Source: an uncultured bacterium
Lineage (GTDB): Bacteria > Fidelibacterota > Marinisomatia > Marinisomatales > JACNKV01
Reading direction: 5' to 3'
DNA: 64,000 nt
Assembly: GCA_964388155.1 (NCBI GenBank)
Contig: CAYLYH010000001.1
Span: 60,331 to 124,330 of the forward strand
The notes beneath the pieces are model-generated. The model saw only the letters and a program-made list of their open reading frames with translations. It did not search any database and had not been told where the DNA came from. Positions 10,684 to 21,316 of this stretch are shown piece after piece. The first letter of the stretch is position 1. Every line of letters starts with the position of its first letter. A program made the translations under genes and the position numbers.

Positions 10684-13442
10684 TGAATCACAGCTATTTT
10701 AATAATTTTGGTCTCTGTTTTCTCCCCCGAATTTGCCGTTACATTTGCAAAATAGACACCGGATTCTACATTGCTTACATTCCAAACAATTTCATTAGGC
10801 ATCGCTTGTATTGCCGGATCAATATTAAAGGTATCTACATAATATCCAGCAAGGTCATAAATCTTAACTTCGATGGATTCAGCGAATTCAGTTTGAATTC
10901 GAAGAGTCACCAATCCATTACGTGCAGGATTTGGGTATGCATAGCATCTATCACTAACCAATAATTGGGTGTGGTCAGATTCGGTGACAGAATATTCTAA
11001 AGCTAACGTTCGCGATTGGTAAGGATTTCCATTCTGATGAGACCACTCATTCCCCATGGGGTCAGTCGCTTCATCAAATTTCCAAAGATTAAACGATGTT
11101 GCTAAGTAAGAATAATCATTCATATTTCCAAAATACTGAATTTCATCCGTCTGAGATTTTGCAATCTCGTACAGTGTTTCGCCAAAATAATTTAATATGA
11201 CGATCCGATCTCCATTCTTGGATTCAACAGCAATTTCAGGATGATTATCGCCTACGACATCGGCAGACAATATTGGTGATTTATAAGAACCCTCTATAGT
11301 AAACCCATTCATTAATATTAGGTTTTTATCAAACGCATATAACTCACCTGAATCATCTATGGCTAAAATATCCGGATTCCCATCTAAGTTGAGGTCGATG
11401 GCTGCAAGAGAAATGAATTGGATATCCATGTGTTCATTCAAGTGATAACCGGGTTTATAGACACCAATTCCACCATCATCATCAAGAATAGCTCTTAAAG
11501 AATCTGTAGCACTGAATAGAAATAATTCTTTTTGAAATCGAAGATAATCTTCAGAGTTAAATAATATTAATTGTTCATGATTTGGATCATTTATTAACCA
11601 TAAGTGTTCGGAATATGGATTTGATGATTTATCAAATAATAACGTTTCTAAGTCAATATCATACTCAAAACCATAAATGGATGTATCACTTGTCGATGAA
11701 ACATAAATTCTTGTTTGCCTATTAATGCGCGTGAATTTGGTTAAATATACTTGCCCTTCAAAACTAAATATACCATCGTTTCCGATAAAGTACTTCCGAT
11801 TCAAGACATCATCTTCCGGTGCCCACCAGAGAGAGTCTTTTCCGCCAATAATTTCTTTTGTTCCGTCATCGTTGATATCGCACACCATGCGGATGTACGC
11901 GGTAGAGTCAGAGAAACCGTCTACTAACAACGTATTCGATACCGTAAACGTCATTGTGTCATTTGGATTACTGATGTTTTCGATTTGCATAAAGGACGAT
12001 GAGCCGTCATTTGATTGCGTATTCGGGTAGGTGTAAGGACCAAAAACAGGTGCCCCTACCCCATTAATTGCTTCATACTCATGATTTCCCTTAAACCACA
12101 TATCGCCAAAATAGCCACTTGATGGATCAGCAAACATATGAATTGACGGATATCCAATATCTTGCGCGCCGTCTGCTTCTTCTAAGTCAATTCCACGTCG
12201 GTTAATATCGGCGTTGATAGAATACCAATCCGGTGCAGAATTAATTACCGATTCATCTATATGCCAAATGAGTAATCCGGAAGCAGGAAGTCCCAAATCG
12301 TAATTTGGGATAGAGGTAATTACACCGTTTTCTTCAATATTAATATCCACAGAATCAAATAATATTTTATAAAATGCCGGATAATCATCGGTGTCTTCCC
12401 AAATGGCAAACCGGGTTGAATCAATACTGACCCCGTCTTTGTGCCAATTATTTCTGTTTTCAATCAGAAAATATTCATCCTGATTAATATTAACTTGGAT
12501 AGGAGAATCATCGATATGTGTAGCCGGGAGTGAAAAATCTATTGTGGGAATAATAATTTCCGGTAACGTCCATCCTGCCCATTTTCGTGTCCAAACGTCC
12601 GGTGGTGCAGGGATAACACCTCTCCCATTATTTGAGCCTTGATCCATGAGCCCAAAGACGCCGATGCCGCTCTCCCCTGTTTCAGTATTCCATAACGGAG
12701 GTAATCCTGTTGCAAATCCGACCATCAACGCAAAGGTTCCCGTCAATCCAAATTGGTATTCACACGGATCTTCTGAAGACGAAAATATTGATTCAGTTTC
12801 AGGGAATAGTAAATGGTTTTGTGTCTCTGGTAAAATTATTCCGTGTTCGACACCATAGATAGGCGTTCCCAACATTTCACGGTCAACATAGGTTGAGGGG
12901 ATATCTTCCGGTGTAGGGTCAAGCGTCGGGAGAGAAAAATCCTGTCCGATTCCTGCATGAAATACTACCACTAAATCATATTCATCATACGGAATTGTAT
13001 CTGCTACAGTAAGCGCGTCACGAAAAAGTTGGGTCAGCCGTTCTTCGTGGACTTCATCCGTTTCACCATAAGGATGATACCACGACATGATTTTTGGTAA
13101 TGTATAAGTAGATTCAGGTGCGTCAGGATAGACCGTTGAAAATTGAATATCTATGCCAAATAGATTGCCGGATACCGTTCGATAATATGAGTCTACGGCG
13201 TTGAGTTGTGATACAAAATACGCCTGATTATGTGGCGGTTTATCTATGGTATATTTACCACAGGATGCTGTATCGGAGGTAAGAAGAAATGTACCATCTC
13301 CCGTTGTTCCGGGCGCGTCATCCACGGCAAATTCTACGCGGATTGCTGCGACCTTAAGAAACCCGGTTAAGCTGTCAGAAAATGCAGAAGTAACGAAAAT
13401 GAACAGGATGAATATCCACGTCCTGCCCTGAGAGTGCAACAT
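10680..13442 (-). CDS. T9SS-sorted secreted protein with FG-GAP/VCBS-like repeats
   Basis: 920 aa with a signal peptide and Asp-rich repeat loops (DINDDGTKEIIGG, DLNLDGNPDILAIDDSGELYAFD, VVGDNHPEIAVES). The C-terminal ~80 aa form a sorting domain (YAYPNPARNG...VKIYDLAGYYV...GVYFANV...IKIAVIH). I found no HExxH. Confidence 0.7.
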   Translation of the reverse strand: MLHSQGRTWIFILFIFVTSAFSDSLTGFLKVAAIRVEFAVDDAPGTTGDGTFLLTSDTASCGKYTIDKPPHNQAYFVSQLNAVDSYYRTVSGNLFGIDIQFSTVYPDAPESTYTLPKIMSWYHPYGETDEVHEERLTQLFRDALTVADTIPYDEYDLVVVFHAGIGQDFSLPTLDPTPEDIPSTYVDREMLGTPIYGVEHGIILPETQNHLLFPETESIFSSSEDPCEYQFGLTGTFALMVGFATGLPPLWNTETGESGIGVFGLMDQGSNNGRGVIPAPPDVWTRKWAGWTLPEIIIPTIDFSLPATHIDDSPIQVNINQDEYFLIENRNNWHKDGVSIDSTRFAIWEDTDDYPAFYKILFDSVDINIEENGVITSIPNYDLGLPASGLLIWHIDESVINSAPDWYSINADINRRGIDLEEADGAQDIGYPSIHMFADPSSGYFGDMWFKGNHEYEAINGVGAPVFGPYTYPNTQSNDGSSSFMQIENISNPNDTMTFTVSNTLLVDGFSDSTAYIRMVCDINDDGTKEIIGGKDSLWWAPEDDVLNRKYFIGNDGIFSFEGQVYLTKFTRINRQTRIYVSSTSDTSIYGFEYDIDLETLLFDKSSNPYSEHLWLINDPNHEQLILFNSEDYLRFQKELFLFSATDSLRAILDDDGGIGVYKPGYHLNEHMDIQFISLAAIDLNLDGNPDILAIDDSGELYAFDKNLILMNGFTIEGSYKSPILSADVVGDNHPEIAVESKNGDRIVILNYFGETLYEIAKSQTDEIQYFGNMNDYSYLATSFNLWKFDEATDPMGNEWSHQNGNPYQSRTLALEYSVTESDHTQLLVSDRCYAYPNPARNGLVTLRIQTEFAESIEVKIYDLAGYYVDTFNIDPAIQAMPNEIVWNVSNVESGVYFANVTANSGEKTETKIIKIAVIH

Positions 13443-13460
13443 GAATGAGCGTGATAGGTG

Positions 13461-14819
13461 TTAAAATTGCCAGTTCAATGAGAAGCGCATGGTGTTCGTC
13501 AGTGGATGACCAACCTCACCGGATGTATACCCAAAATCAAAACCATATTCGCCAAAACGAAGTCCAACACCGATAGTCGGATTAGCAATTTTTCCTGTTT
13601 TGTCGTAGTAAAACCCGGTACGCAGGGCAAAGTACTTTGAGTACCAATATTCAATTCCAAAATTATGAATTAATTTATCCAGTTCATTTTTAATTGAGCG
13701 TTTATCGCCACTTCCAACTTCTATATCGCCGTAAGCATTATATCGCCCCCAGTCCGGGTCACCGGGCTCAACATTATCTGTTCTAACCATTTCATTTTCG
13801 TCAGGTTTACCATCACCATCAGCGTCCATACTTACATCCCAATCCCACCCGCCAATCATGCCATCATTTTTTCCACCGTTTGGTGACAAATCCTGATCTC
13901 CACCCAACATCCAATCATCAACCCATGAGGTAAAAATGGCAAGATAGATCGGATCTGTATGCGCCATTTCTTTCGTGCCATCTTTATTATATTCACCATC
14001 CGGGTCTGAATGCCCCTCTTCGTCGTATCGTCCGACATAGCCATCGCCGTCCCAATCCATATCAGGATAGGAAGCAACCAGCATTTTATTCACATCATAC
14101 ACAAGATTTAATCGGTTATATTCTGAGTCAATCAGGTGGTAGTTAAAACCGAGCGTAAGGTTTGTGGGCTGGGGGTCTGCTTGAGCGGGATCAATAAACG
14201 CCACTTTTGGACCAATATTCGTTACCGTTGCGGCAACGTCTAATCGTGAGAGTAAAAATTCTTTGTGCAGGTAACCAAGATCAAATCCGAAATCAATGGA
14301 GGTCCCTTTCCCCTCTTCAGCTCCTGCTCCAAACTCTGTGAGGTGTTGGTAAGATATTTTGGCGTTGAGTCCGAAAGCTGAGTTCGATGACAGCATAGCA
14401 CCATAAGAAATCGTTGATGCCATCATAAAACTGGTAAAGACTCCCTGATAGTCATCAGGATGATCTCCCATCCTAATTTGCTCACCAAGATTTAAATAAA
14501 TGATATGACCTCCCAAAGTCCCAAGATGCTGAACATGACGACGAAATGCTAAAAAATCATAGTAAAGGTCGTCCGCCAAATTCGGTAACCAGTTGACGTG
14601 CATCATGGCAATTTCGGTTCCTTTTAGAAAACCAAGTCCTGCCGGATTCCAGTAACTTGCATATGCGTCATCAGCGATTGCGATTTGAGCTTCGCCCATG
14701 CCTCCGGCACGTGCTCCCGGAGAGATAAGCAGGAAAATAGCACCGGCTTCACTTTGCGCGAAACCATGACCGGTGATGGTCAGTGTGATGAGAAATGCAG
14801 TTGTGATAAAACGCTTCAT
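13461..14819 (-). CDS. PorV/PorQ-like outer-membrane beta-barrel protein with an Asp/Gly-rich insertion
   Basis: 452 aa with a signal peptide, the N-terminal motif SPGARAGGMGEAQIAIADDAYASYWNPAGLGF (PorV/PorQ-type) and a C-terminal ...RFSLNWQF. It lies immediately upstream of a T9SS cargo gene. Confidence 0.55.
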   Translation of the reverse strand: MKRFITTAFLITLTITGHGFAQSEAGAIFLLISPGARAGGMGEAQIAIADDAYASYWNPAGLGFLKGTEIAMMHVNWLPNLADDLYYDFLAFRRHVQHLGTLGGHIIYLNLGEQIRMGDHPDDYQGVFTSFMMASTISYGAMLSSNSAFGLNAKISYQHLTEFGAGAEEGKGTSIDFGFDLGYLHKEFLLSRLDVAATVTNIGPKVAFIDPAQADPQPTNLTLGFNYHLIDSEYNRLNLVYDVNKMLVASYPDMDWDGDGYVGRYDEEGHSDPDGEYNKDGTKEMAHTDPIYLAIFTSWVDDWMLGGDQDLSPNGGKNDGMIGGWDWDVSMDADGDGKPDENEMVRTDNVEPGDPDWGRYNAYGDIEVGSGDKRSIKNELDKLIHNFGIEYWYSKYFALRTGFYYDKTGKIANPTIGVGLRFGEYGFDFGYTSGEVGHPLTNTMRFSLNWQF

Positions 14820-14922
14820 ATTAGAGACTCCTAAGTTTTTGAATGAAGTTTTGGGACATCGTCCCTTTTTTGTAAGAATGTATTAGCGTTTAGTGATGCA
14901 TTTTCTCCTGATAACGGGAGCG

Positions 14923-14952
14923 AATATATCCTGTGTTACGCTCGTTAGTCAA
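14923..14952 (-). promoter_or_regulatory. Candidate sigma70-type promoter for the PorV-like operon
   Basis: On the minus strand, TTGACT (14952..14947) is followed by an 18-nt spacer and TATATT (14928..14923), about 100 nt upstream of the ATG at 14819. This is a sequence match only. Confidence 0.3.
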
Positions 14953-14998
14953 GGATTGTTTCTTACAAATTTGCCGACGTGATATCTTCCTTATAATT

Positions 14999-16801
14999 TT
15001 AGTTTAGCAGGAAAAGGGATAAAAACGGAACATATGTAATAACTAAAACAGCAACCAGCCGGATGAAAAAGAACGGTAATGTAGATTTGTATATCGTGGG
15101 CATATCACAATTGAAGCGATAAGCGGACAAAAAGAGATTCATTCCAACGGGAGGAGTAAAGAAACCCAGCTCAAGATTTGCAATAAAAATCACTGCAAGA
15201 TGTATTGGGTTTATTCCAAAATGCGCTCCAATGGGTGCAATTAAGGGTGCAATGACAATCATGGCGGAGAAGATATCCATAAAACAGCCCACGACAAGGA
15301 GGAACACATTTAACATCAATAAAAAGGCGAGTTTTGATGTAATTGCTGTCTTTACCCATGTAAGTATCATTGCCGGAACTTGTGCATCTACAAAATAACT
15401 CGTCAGCCCCATGGCGACTCCTAGGATGATAAGCACCCCTCCTACCAACGTTGCACACTCCACAATAATACTCGGTAACTTCTTCAAAGATAAATCTTTA
15501 TAAACAAAAACCTCTATAAATAGAATATAAACTACGGAGATGGCAGCAGTTTCCACTAACGTTGTAAAACCGGCAAATACTCCTGTTAAAATAATAATTG
15601 GGATTATTATTTCCCATTTGGTTTCAACAATAGATTTAAGAACATTATTTATGTTAAACGGTGGTCGTTTGATTTTTTGAATTCTTCCCTGAAAGATAGA
15701 CCAACCTGACATCAGGATAATCAAAAATATACCGGGAATAAGTCCGGCTATAAATACACTTTTTACACTAATTCCCGCGGTCACACTATAAATAATTGCC
15801 GGTAAACTTGGCGGAAAAAGTAGTCCTATCGATCCGGCGACGGTAATGAGTCCAAGTGTAAACTGATCAGAATATCCTTCTTTTTTCAAGAGTGGATAAA
15901 GCAGTCCGCCCAGCGCAAGAATGGTAACACCAGAGCCCCCGGTTAATGCAGTAAAGAATCCGCAAAGAAGAACCACGACCACCGGAGTACCTCCCGGTAT
16001 CCAGCCAAATAATGCACTAAACAAACGAAACATGCGTTCGGATGCCTTACTCTCTGCCAACAAATATCCCGCAAGCGTAAATAATGGAATAGTGGGTAAA
16101 GTAGGAGAAACAACGATGCGGTATGTTTCGGCCGGGATAGACGCGATGGGTGTAGAATCCATCCAAAATAATAAAGCAGCAATTCCACCTAGCCCAACAA
16201 AGATAGGCGCACCAAATACCAATGAAAGTAATAGAATCAACATACCAAGCCAAACAAACCACGATTGCTCAACAAATGCATCGGTAATCGATAACATAAA
16301 CCATATCAGAGATACCATCAAGATAGATCCGATATAGAAGCGATCTTTTCCGCTATTTTTTAGGAAATGAAACGCGATCAGGGCAAACCCAATGGGAATA
16401 ATCAATTGAGCAAACCAACGTGGTATATTGGGCGCGATATCCACCGGATAAAGAAATTCCCATTTAATAAAGTGGATACTTCCCCACATCAATGAAATAA
16501 TGACAATAAAGGAAACAGTTTTTGCCATCCACCGACCAAAATGAATTTCATTTTCAGAATTGAAAAGCGGTTTTACAGACAACGATAATAATTTATTCTG
16601 CTGTGCGGCTAATACTGCACCTATAAAGCCAATCCACAGTGTTAAATGCTGTACTAAAACAGGTGCTGCCGGAATACCACGGATATTCAGCCAACGAGAC
16701 ACAGTTTCTATCACCGGGATGAAAATCATTGCAAAAAATACTGCAAGAGCAAGGATATCTTCACCCAACCTCAAACGATCCATTATTGGACGTGGCTTCA
16801 T
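14999..16801 (-). CDS. TRAP transporter fused small/large permease (DctQ-DctM type)
   Basis: 600 aa and highly hydrophobic. The N-terminal ~150 aa are DctQ-like with 4 TM helices, followed by a DctM-like 12-TM domain. The start overlaps the upstream binding-protein gene. Confidence 0.85.
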   Translation of the reverse strand: MKPRPIMDRLRLGEDILALAVFFAMIFIPVIETVSRWLNIRGIPAAPVLVQHLTLWIGFIGAVLAAQQNKLLSLSVKPLFNSENEIHFGRWMAKTVSFIVIISLMWGSIHFIKWEFLYPVDIAPNIPRWFAQLIIPIGFALIAFHFLKNSGKDRFYIGSILMVSLIWFMLSITDAFVEQSWFVWLGMLILLLSLVFGAPIFVGLGGIAALLFWMDSTPIASIPAETYRIVVSPTLPTIPLFTLAGYLLAESKASERMFRLFSALFGWIPGGTPVVVVLLCGFFTALTGGSGVTILALGGLLYPLLKKEGYSDQFTLGLITVAGSIGLLFPPSLPAIIYSVTAGISVKSVFIAGLIPGIFLIILMSGWSIFQGRIQKIKRPPFNINNVLKSIVETKWEIIIPIIILTGVFAGFTTLVETAAISVVYILFIEVFVYKDLSLKKLPSIIVECATLVGGVLIILGVAMGLTSYFVDAQVPAMILTWVKTAITSKLAFLLMLNVFLLVVGCFMDIFSAMIVIAPLIAPIGAHFGINPIHLAVIFIANLELGFFTPPVGMNLFLSAYRFNCDMPTIYKSTLPFFFIRLVAVLVITYVPFLSLFLLN

Positions 16802-17826
16802 CTGGGTTTGCTTTTCATTTTTGGCATGTTTATTCTTTCCTCTTTTAATTTCATCATTTTATCAAATATTTCTTCGGGAACATACGCACCGCGAATGAAG
16901 GGATACCATGTTTGAATAAATTGTTTCCACTGTTCTTTTTCATCATTTGTCGGTGTGTGAATAACCAACCCGTGCTTTTTCATAACGTCTATGGCTTCTT
17001 GGTCATCGTACCGATTATTTTCTTGATGAACTTGAGCCGTTTCTTGTGCAATCTTCATAATGATTTTTTGATCAGAGGGTTTAATTTTATACCAAGTGCG
17101 TAAATCTATTACAACTGCTGCTGATAAGACACCCCAATTGATATCCAACATATGATTTGCAACCCCAAACCATTGAGAGGATAAAGAAAACAGCGGTGTT
17201 GTCGCAATTGCATCGACTAACCCTGTTTGCAAGCCGGTCAATACATCGGTTGTCGCCAGCGGTACCGGACTAAATCCGCCTTTTTTCCACAGTTCTGCGG
17301 ATTTATAATCGCCCGCCCATGTAAATATTTTGGTTTTTTTCAAATCTTCAGGCAAACGTACCGGATGTTTTGTAAACCAATGTGCCCAGCCGACGTCTGC
17401 CCAAAAAAGGAGTTTAAACCCGGCAGCTTCAATCCCGGCGACTAAATCATCAGATATTCGTTCCCGATACCAATCGACATCATCATAGTCTTCCATTAAG
17501 AGTGGGATATAAAAAGCCTGAACGTTCTGATTTAATTCAGACAGTCCTTCGAGACTAATGGCGGCTCCCTGAATTTGACCGATACGCATTTTTCGTATCA
17601 TGTCCCGTTCGTCACCCACAACGCCACCCGGATAAATTCTCAGAACGACTGCACCATCTGTTGCTTTTTTCCATTGTTGCCCCATCTCAAACATCATGCC
17701 GTGCCACTTTGTTCCTTCGGGAGCAAGCGTTGCTATCTTGATAACGGTTTTACCGTTTATGGATGAAAAGATAATTATCATAACCATGACAATTATCCGG
17801 TGGTAATATTTAAAATTGTGTTTCAT
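16798..17826 (-). CDS. TRAP transporter solute-binding protein (DctP family)
   Basis: 342 aa with a signal peptide and DctP-like content (LAPEGTKWH..., FTWAGDYKS...). It sits between the TatT-like and permease genes. Confidence 0.8.
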   Translation of the reverse strand: MKHNFKYYHRIIVMVMIIIFSSINGKTVIKIATLAPEGTKWHGMMFEMGQQWKKATDGAVVLRIYPGGVVGDERDMIRKMRIGQIQGAAISLEGLSELNQNVQAFYIPLLMEDYDDVDWYRERISDDLVAGIEAAGFKLLFWADVGWAHWFTKHPVRLPEDLKKTKIFTWAGDYKSAELWKKGGFSPVPLATTDVLTGLQTGLVDAIATTPLFSLSSQWFGVANHMLDINWGVLSAAVVIDLRTWYKIKPSDQKIIMKIAQETAQVHQENNRYDDQEAIDVMKKHGLVIHTPTNDEKEQWKQFIQTWYPFIRGAYVPEEIFDKMMKLKEERINMPKMKSKPR

Positions 17827-17834
17827 ATTTTCCT

Positions 17835-18749
17835 TTAGTAAAATAATTCATCTGTTTGTGTTAATAACCATTCTGCCCTGGATTGTGCAATAATATTACT
17901 GAAATATAATTCCGGATTATCATTTGCTTGCAAGGATAATGCTTTATTTAATAAGGATTTAAATTCAGACCGATTTTGCGTTAAAACGGAAATCTTTTCA
18001 GCGTAAGTTACGTACAACGAACAATCCAAACCGTTAGAAGCAGTGATCGCTTTTTCATAGTAAGCCATCGCACGTTTTTCAGTGGTCGCATTTTTATCCG
18101 GACGACTCATCAAGTATGAAAACATCGCTGAAGACAACGCCCCATAATTCCAACCAGGAGATATTTCGATAGCATGCTCCAATAACCATCCAATGTCCGG
18201 CAGTTGAATTAGGTCTGTTGGGTTCGCTCTGCCAGCTGATATCTTACCGCCAATTGCTGCTGCCGTCCAATAGACAATTGGGACATCTTCTGTTTGCAAT
18301 ATATGTTGAGTTGATTTTGTCTTCATCCATTTTGGGAAATCCGGATGTCGAATACTGAGCGCATGAATACCGTATTTTTCGGCACGTGTAAAATATGTAT
18401 ACGATTCATCATATAAGGAAATTGCTGTTTGATATGATTCAGATTTCAATCGATCTGCTTTTTCTAAAAGAAATCCGTATGCATATTGTGTATTGAGCTT
18501 CGTTGCAGTGATTATCAGCTCCAAATTATTCGGATTCTTTTCAATTAATTTTTCTAAATGATCTATCTTATACCGAAAATAGGAGGACGTAAGATTTGGT
18601 TGATGTTTCAGATAATAGACTGGCGCACATGCATTCGCGAACAAAATAAAAAGAATGAATAGTAAATAAAAACGGCTGGAGGTACACAAATCCCCAGCCA
18701 TTTGTTCAAAAAGCAGATTGGTTTTTCGATTAGGAGTCAAGTTCCTCAT
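17835..18749 (-). CDS. TatT-like TPR protein associated with the TRAP transporter
   Basis: 304 aa, helical/TPR-like, with an N-terminal membrane anchor. The segment [47 protein letters not shown]... resembles the TatT component family. It is 8 nt upstream of the DctP gene. Confidence 0.55.
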   Translation of the reverse strand: MRNLTPNRKTNLLFEQMAGDLCTSSRFYLLFILFILFANACAPVYYLKHQPNLTSSYFRYKIDHLEKLIEKNPNNLELIITATKLNTQYAYGFLLEKADRLKSESYQTAISLYDESYTYFTRAEKYGIHALSIRHPDFPKWMKTKSTQHILQTEDVPIVYWTAAAIGGKISAGRANPTDLIQLPDIGWLLEHAIEISPGWNYGALSSAMFSYLMSRPDKNATTEKRAMAYYEKAITASNGLDCSLYVTYAEKISVLTQNRSEFKSLLNKALSLQANDNPELYFSNIIAQSRAEWLLTQTDELFY

Positions 18750-20028
18750 AGAGCGGAAAAGATTTGCAAATTTGATGCACGTGTTCTTTTATGGAATCCG
18801 TCAGCGTTTCATTTTCAGGGTCCAGAATAACTTGGTCAATGAGGTTTGCAATAAGCTTCATCTCTTCTTTTCCCATTCCACGAGTCGTAATTGCCGGAGT
18901 ACCAATTCGTATTCCACTTGTGATAAACGGGCTTTTTTGATCAAAGGGAACCATGTTTTTATTCACAGTAATTCCGGCACGTTCTAACGCATTTTCAGCT
19001 TTTTTTCCGGTAATTCCCTTGTTGGTTAAATCAATGAGCATCACATGGGTATCAGTCCCTCCGGAGACTAACGCATAATCTTTTTTCAGGAATTCTTCTG
19101 CCATCGTTTTGGCATTTTCTACCACGTGTTCAGTATAATCTCTAAACTCGGAGGTTAGTGCTTCACCAAATGCAACTGCTTTTGCCGCAATGATGTGCAT
19201 TAAAGGTCCACCTTGAATTCCGGGCATGACTGTAGAATCAATGAGTTCCGAAATATTTTTTACCCGTCCAGATTTTGGCGCAACCTTTCCCCAAGGATTT
19301 TCTCTGTCTTTTCCCATCAGAATCATTCCACCCCGAGGACCTCGAAGCGTTTTGTGTGTCGTGGTTGTTACGATATCGCAAAATGGCATTGGGGAAGGAT
19401 GCAATCCGGTGGCAACTAAGCCGGAAGGATGCGCAATATCTGCCATAAGAAACGCCCCGACTTCATCTGCAACTTCGCGAAATTGCTCAAACTCGATAAA
19501 CCGCGGATAAGCACTCCCACCACAAATGATAAGTTTGGGTTTGTGTTTTCGTGCTAAAGATAGTACTTCATCAAAATCGACTCGCCCCGTTTTCGGATGT
19601 ACATGATAAGAAACAAAATTGTACAGTTTTCCTGAGAAATTCACGGGACTGCCATGCGTCAAATGTCCGCCATGCGCAAGATCGAGCCCCATCACGGTAT
19701 CGCCCACATCCACAAATGTCATTAATGCTGCCATATTGGCTTGTGATCCGGAGTGAGGCTGTACATTTGCATACTCAGCAGAAAAAAGTATTTTCGCCCG
19801 GTCTCTGGCGATATTTTCTGCCTCATCCACGGCTTCACAACCGCCATAATATCGTTTTCCGGGATACCCTTCTGCGTATTTGTTCGTCATGACGCCACCG
19901 GCCATTTCCAATACGGAAAGACTGGTGAAATTTTCCGACGCAATTAATTCCAACGTAGTTTGTTCCCGCCGGGACTCTTTTTGCAATATCTCAAATAATT
20001 CGGAATCTGTCTTCTTCAAAAAGAACAT
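18730..20028 (-). CDS. glyA: Serine hydroxymethyltransferase
   Basis: 432 aa with [23 protein letters not shown] and the PLP-lysine region [14 protein letters not shown]. Confidence 0.95.
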   Translation of the reverse strand: MFFLKKTDSELFEILQKESRREQTTLELIASENFTSLSVLEMAGGVMTNKYAEGYPGKRYYGGCEAVDEAENIARDRAKILFSAEYANVQPHSGSQANMAALMTFVDVGDTVMGLDLAHGGHLTHGSPVNFSGKLYNFVSYHVHPKTGRVDFDEVLSLARKHKPKLIICGGSAYPRFIEFEQFREVADEVGAFLMADIAHPSGLVATGLHPSPMPFCDIVTTTTHKTLRGPRGGMILMGKDRENPWGKVAPKSGRVKNISELIDSTVMPGIQGGPLMHIIAAKAVAFGEALTSEFRDYTEHVVENAKTMAEEFLKKDYALVSGGTDTHVMLIDLTNKGITGKKAENALERAGITVNKNMVPFDQKSPFITSGIRIGTPAITTRGMGKEEMKLIANLIDQVILDPENETLTDSIKEHVHQICKSFPLYEELDS

Positions 20029-20040
20029 GAATCGTTTCCT

Positions 20041-21315
20041 TTACCAACTGGGTTGTTTCTTGAGCTTTTCGTCAACCCATCTGTAACATGCTGATTGTGG
20101 CTTGAGATATCCTCTGCTTTTTACGTCAGAGTCTAACATAAACCAGTTCGCTTTGGTAAAGAGAACTTCATTTTCTTTTAACCACGATTTGGAATTAGAA
20201 AAACGATAATACCCTTCCTCTTCGCTCTTTTCAAAATAATTATACGCCAAGGTAGCAATCACACGATCATCAAGAGAGATATCAGCAGATCTGCAGTATT
20301 GAAACGTTTTATAATAGACATCTCCTTTTTGCCCGAGAGATTCACCGGATGACCTTGATGTCTGAACACTTTTGTCTGCCCAGTGCATGGCTTTTTCGAA
20401 ATCCTCCAATTCAACATTTATTTTCGAAATCGTGATGGGCGTCTTTATATCTCTGGGATCTAATTTAAACAATTCTTCGTAAGTTTTTGAAGACGAGACA
20501 AGGTCGTCATTCCTATAATGTGCTTCCGCAAGTTTATTCAATGCAATTTTACTTGTATTATCTACTCTGACAACACGTTCTAAAACTTTGACGGCTTCAG
20601 AAAACCGATCATTCATAAGGAGATTTTCAGCATAATCAATGCCGTATGACGTATTATCAGGATTTTGTTCAAATCGTTCCTTCATGAAACTTAGCGGGTC
20701 TTTACCGCTTTTTTTGAACGCAACAACGATCTCGCTTTGAGCAATTTCATTTTCAGGGTCTCTCTCCAAAATCTTGCGCAATACGAATATTTGGTCGTCA
20801 AACCTATCGTTGTCACCATATAATTCTGCTAGGTTAGTCATTATGTTCAGATCATCCGGAACCATGTCCATCAATCGTTCATATTCATTAATTTGTTGAC
20901 TAATTTTATTTTGTTTCTTATAGGCATACGCCAGTCGCTTTCTTAAATTAACATCATCCGGTAGGTTTTGGAGTCCTTTTAACAAGACAACCTCTGCACT
21001 GTCAAATTTACCAAGATTCTCATACGCGACAGCATAGTACAGATAGATTTCTGAGGCATAATCGGTGTCCCATTCATCACATCCAAGTTCTATAATTTCA
21101 CCGTAGACTCTCGAGGTTGCCTGCCAGTCCCGATTACGGTAATATTCTGCAGCACTGCTCATTAACCTTGGACATCTCCGCTCACGGAGTGAATCTAACT
21201 TTTCTAGGTCAGCACTTCCGTCATACACAGGTTCTGATGGCGGTACACACATACTGAGAAAGAACGTGGCTAACAAAATGGATATTATTTGGTAGTTTGA
21301 TTGTATTATTTTCAT
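20041..21315 (-). CDS. TPR-repeat lipoprotein, function unknown
   Basis: 424 aa with a signal/lipobox-like N-terminus (FFLSMC) and multiple TPR-like repeats. Confidence 0.5.
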   Translation of the reverse strand: MKIIQSNYQIISILLATFFLSMCVPPSEPVYDGSADLEKLDSLRERRCPRLMSSAAEYYRNRDWQATSRVYGEIIELGCDEWDTDYASEIYLYYAVAYENLGKFDSAEVVLLKGLQNLPDDVNLRKRLAYAYKKQNKISQQINEYERLMDMVPDDLNIMTNLAELYGDNDRFDDQIFVLRKILERDPENEIAQSEIVVAFKKSGKDPLSFMKERFEQNPDNTSYGIDYAENLLMNDRFSEAVKVLERVVRVDNTSKIALNKLAEAHYRNDDLVSSSKTYEELFKLDPRDIKTPITISKINVELEDFEKAMHWADKSVQTSRSSGESLGQKGDVYYKTFQYCRSADISLDDRVIATLAYNYFEKSEEEGYYRFSNSKSWLKENEVLFTKANWFMLDSDVKSRGYLKPQSACYRWVDEKLKKQPSW

Positions 21316-21316
21316 T

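Noticed and set aside
14853-14871. GGGAC-atc-GTCCC hairpin followed by T6, which looks like an intrinsic terminator on the plus strand
   Set aside because: There is no plus-strand gene upstream of it. On the minus strand the U tract would precede the stem. It is probably a 5'-UTR structure of the PorV-like gene or a guard against antisense transcription, and it is not a supported terminator for either flanking operon.
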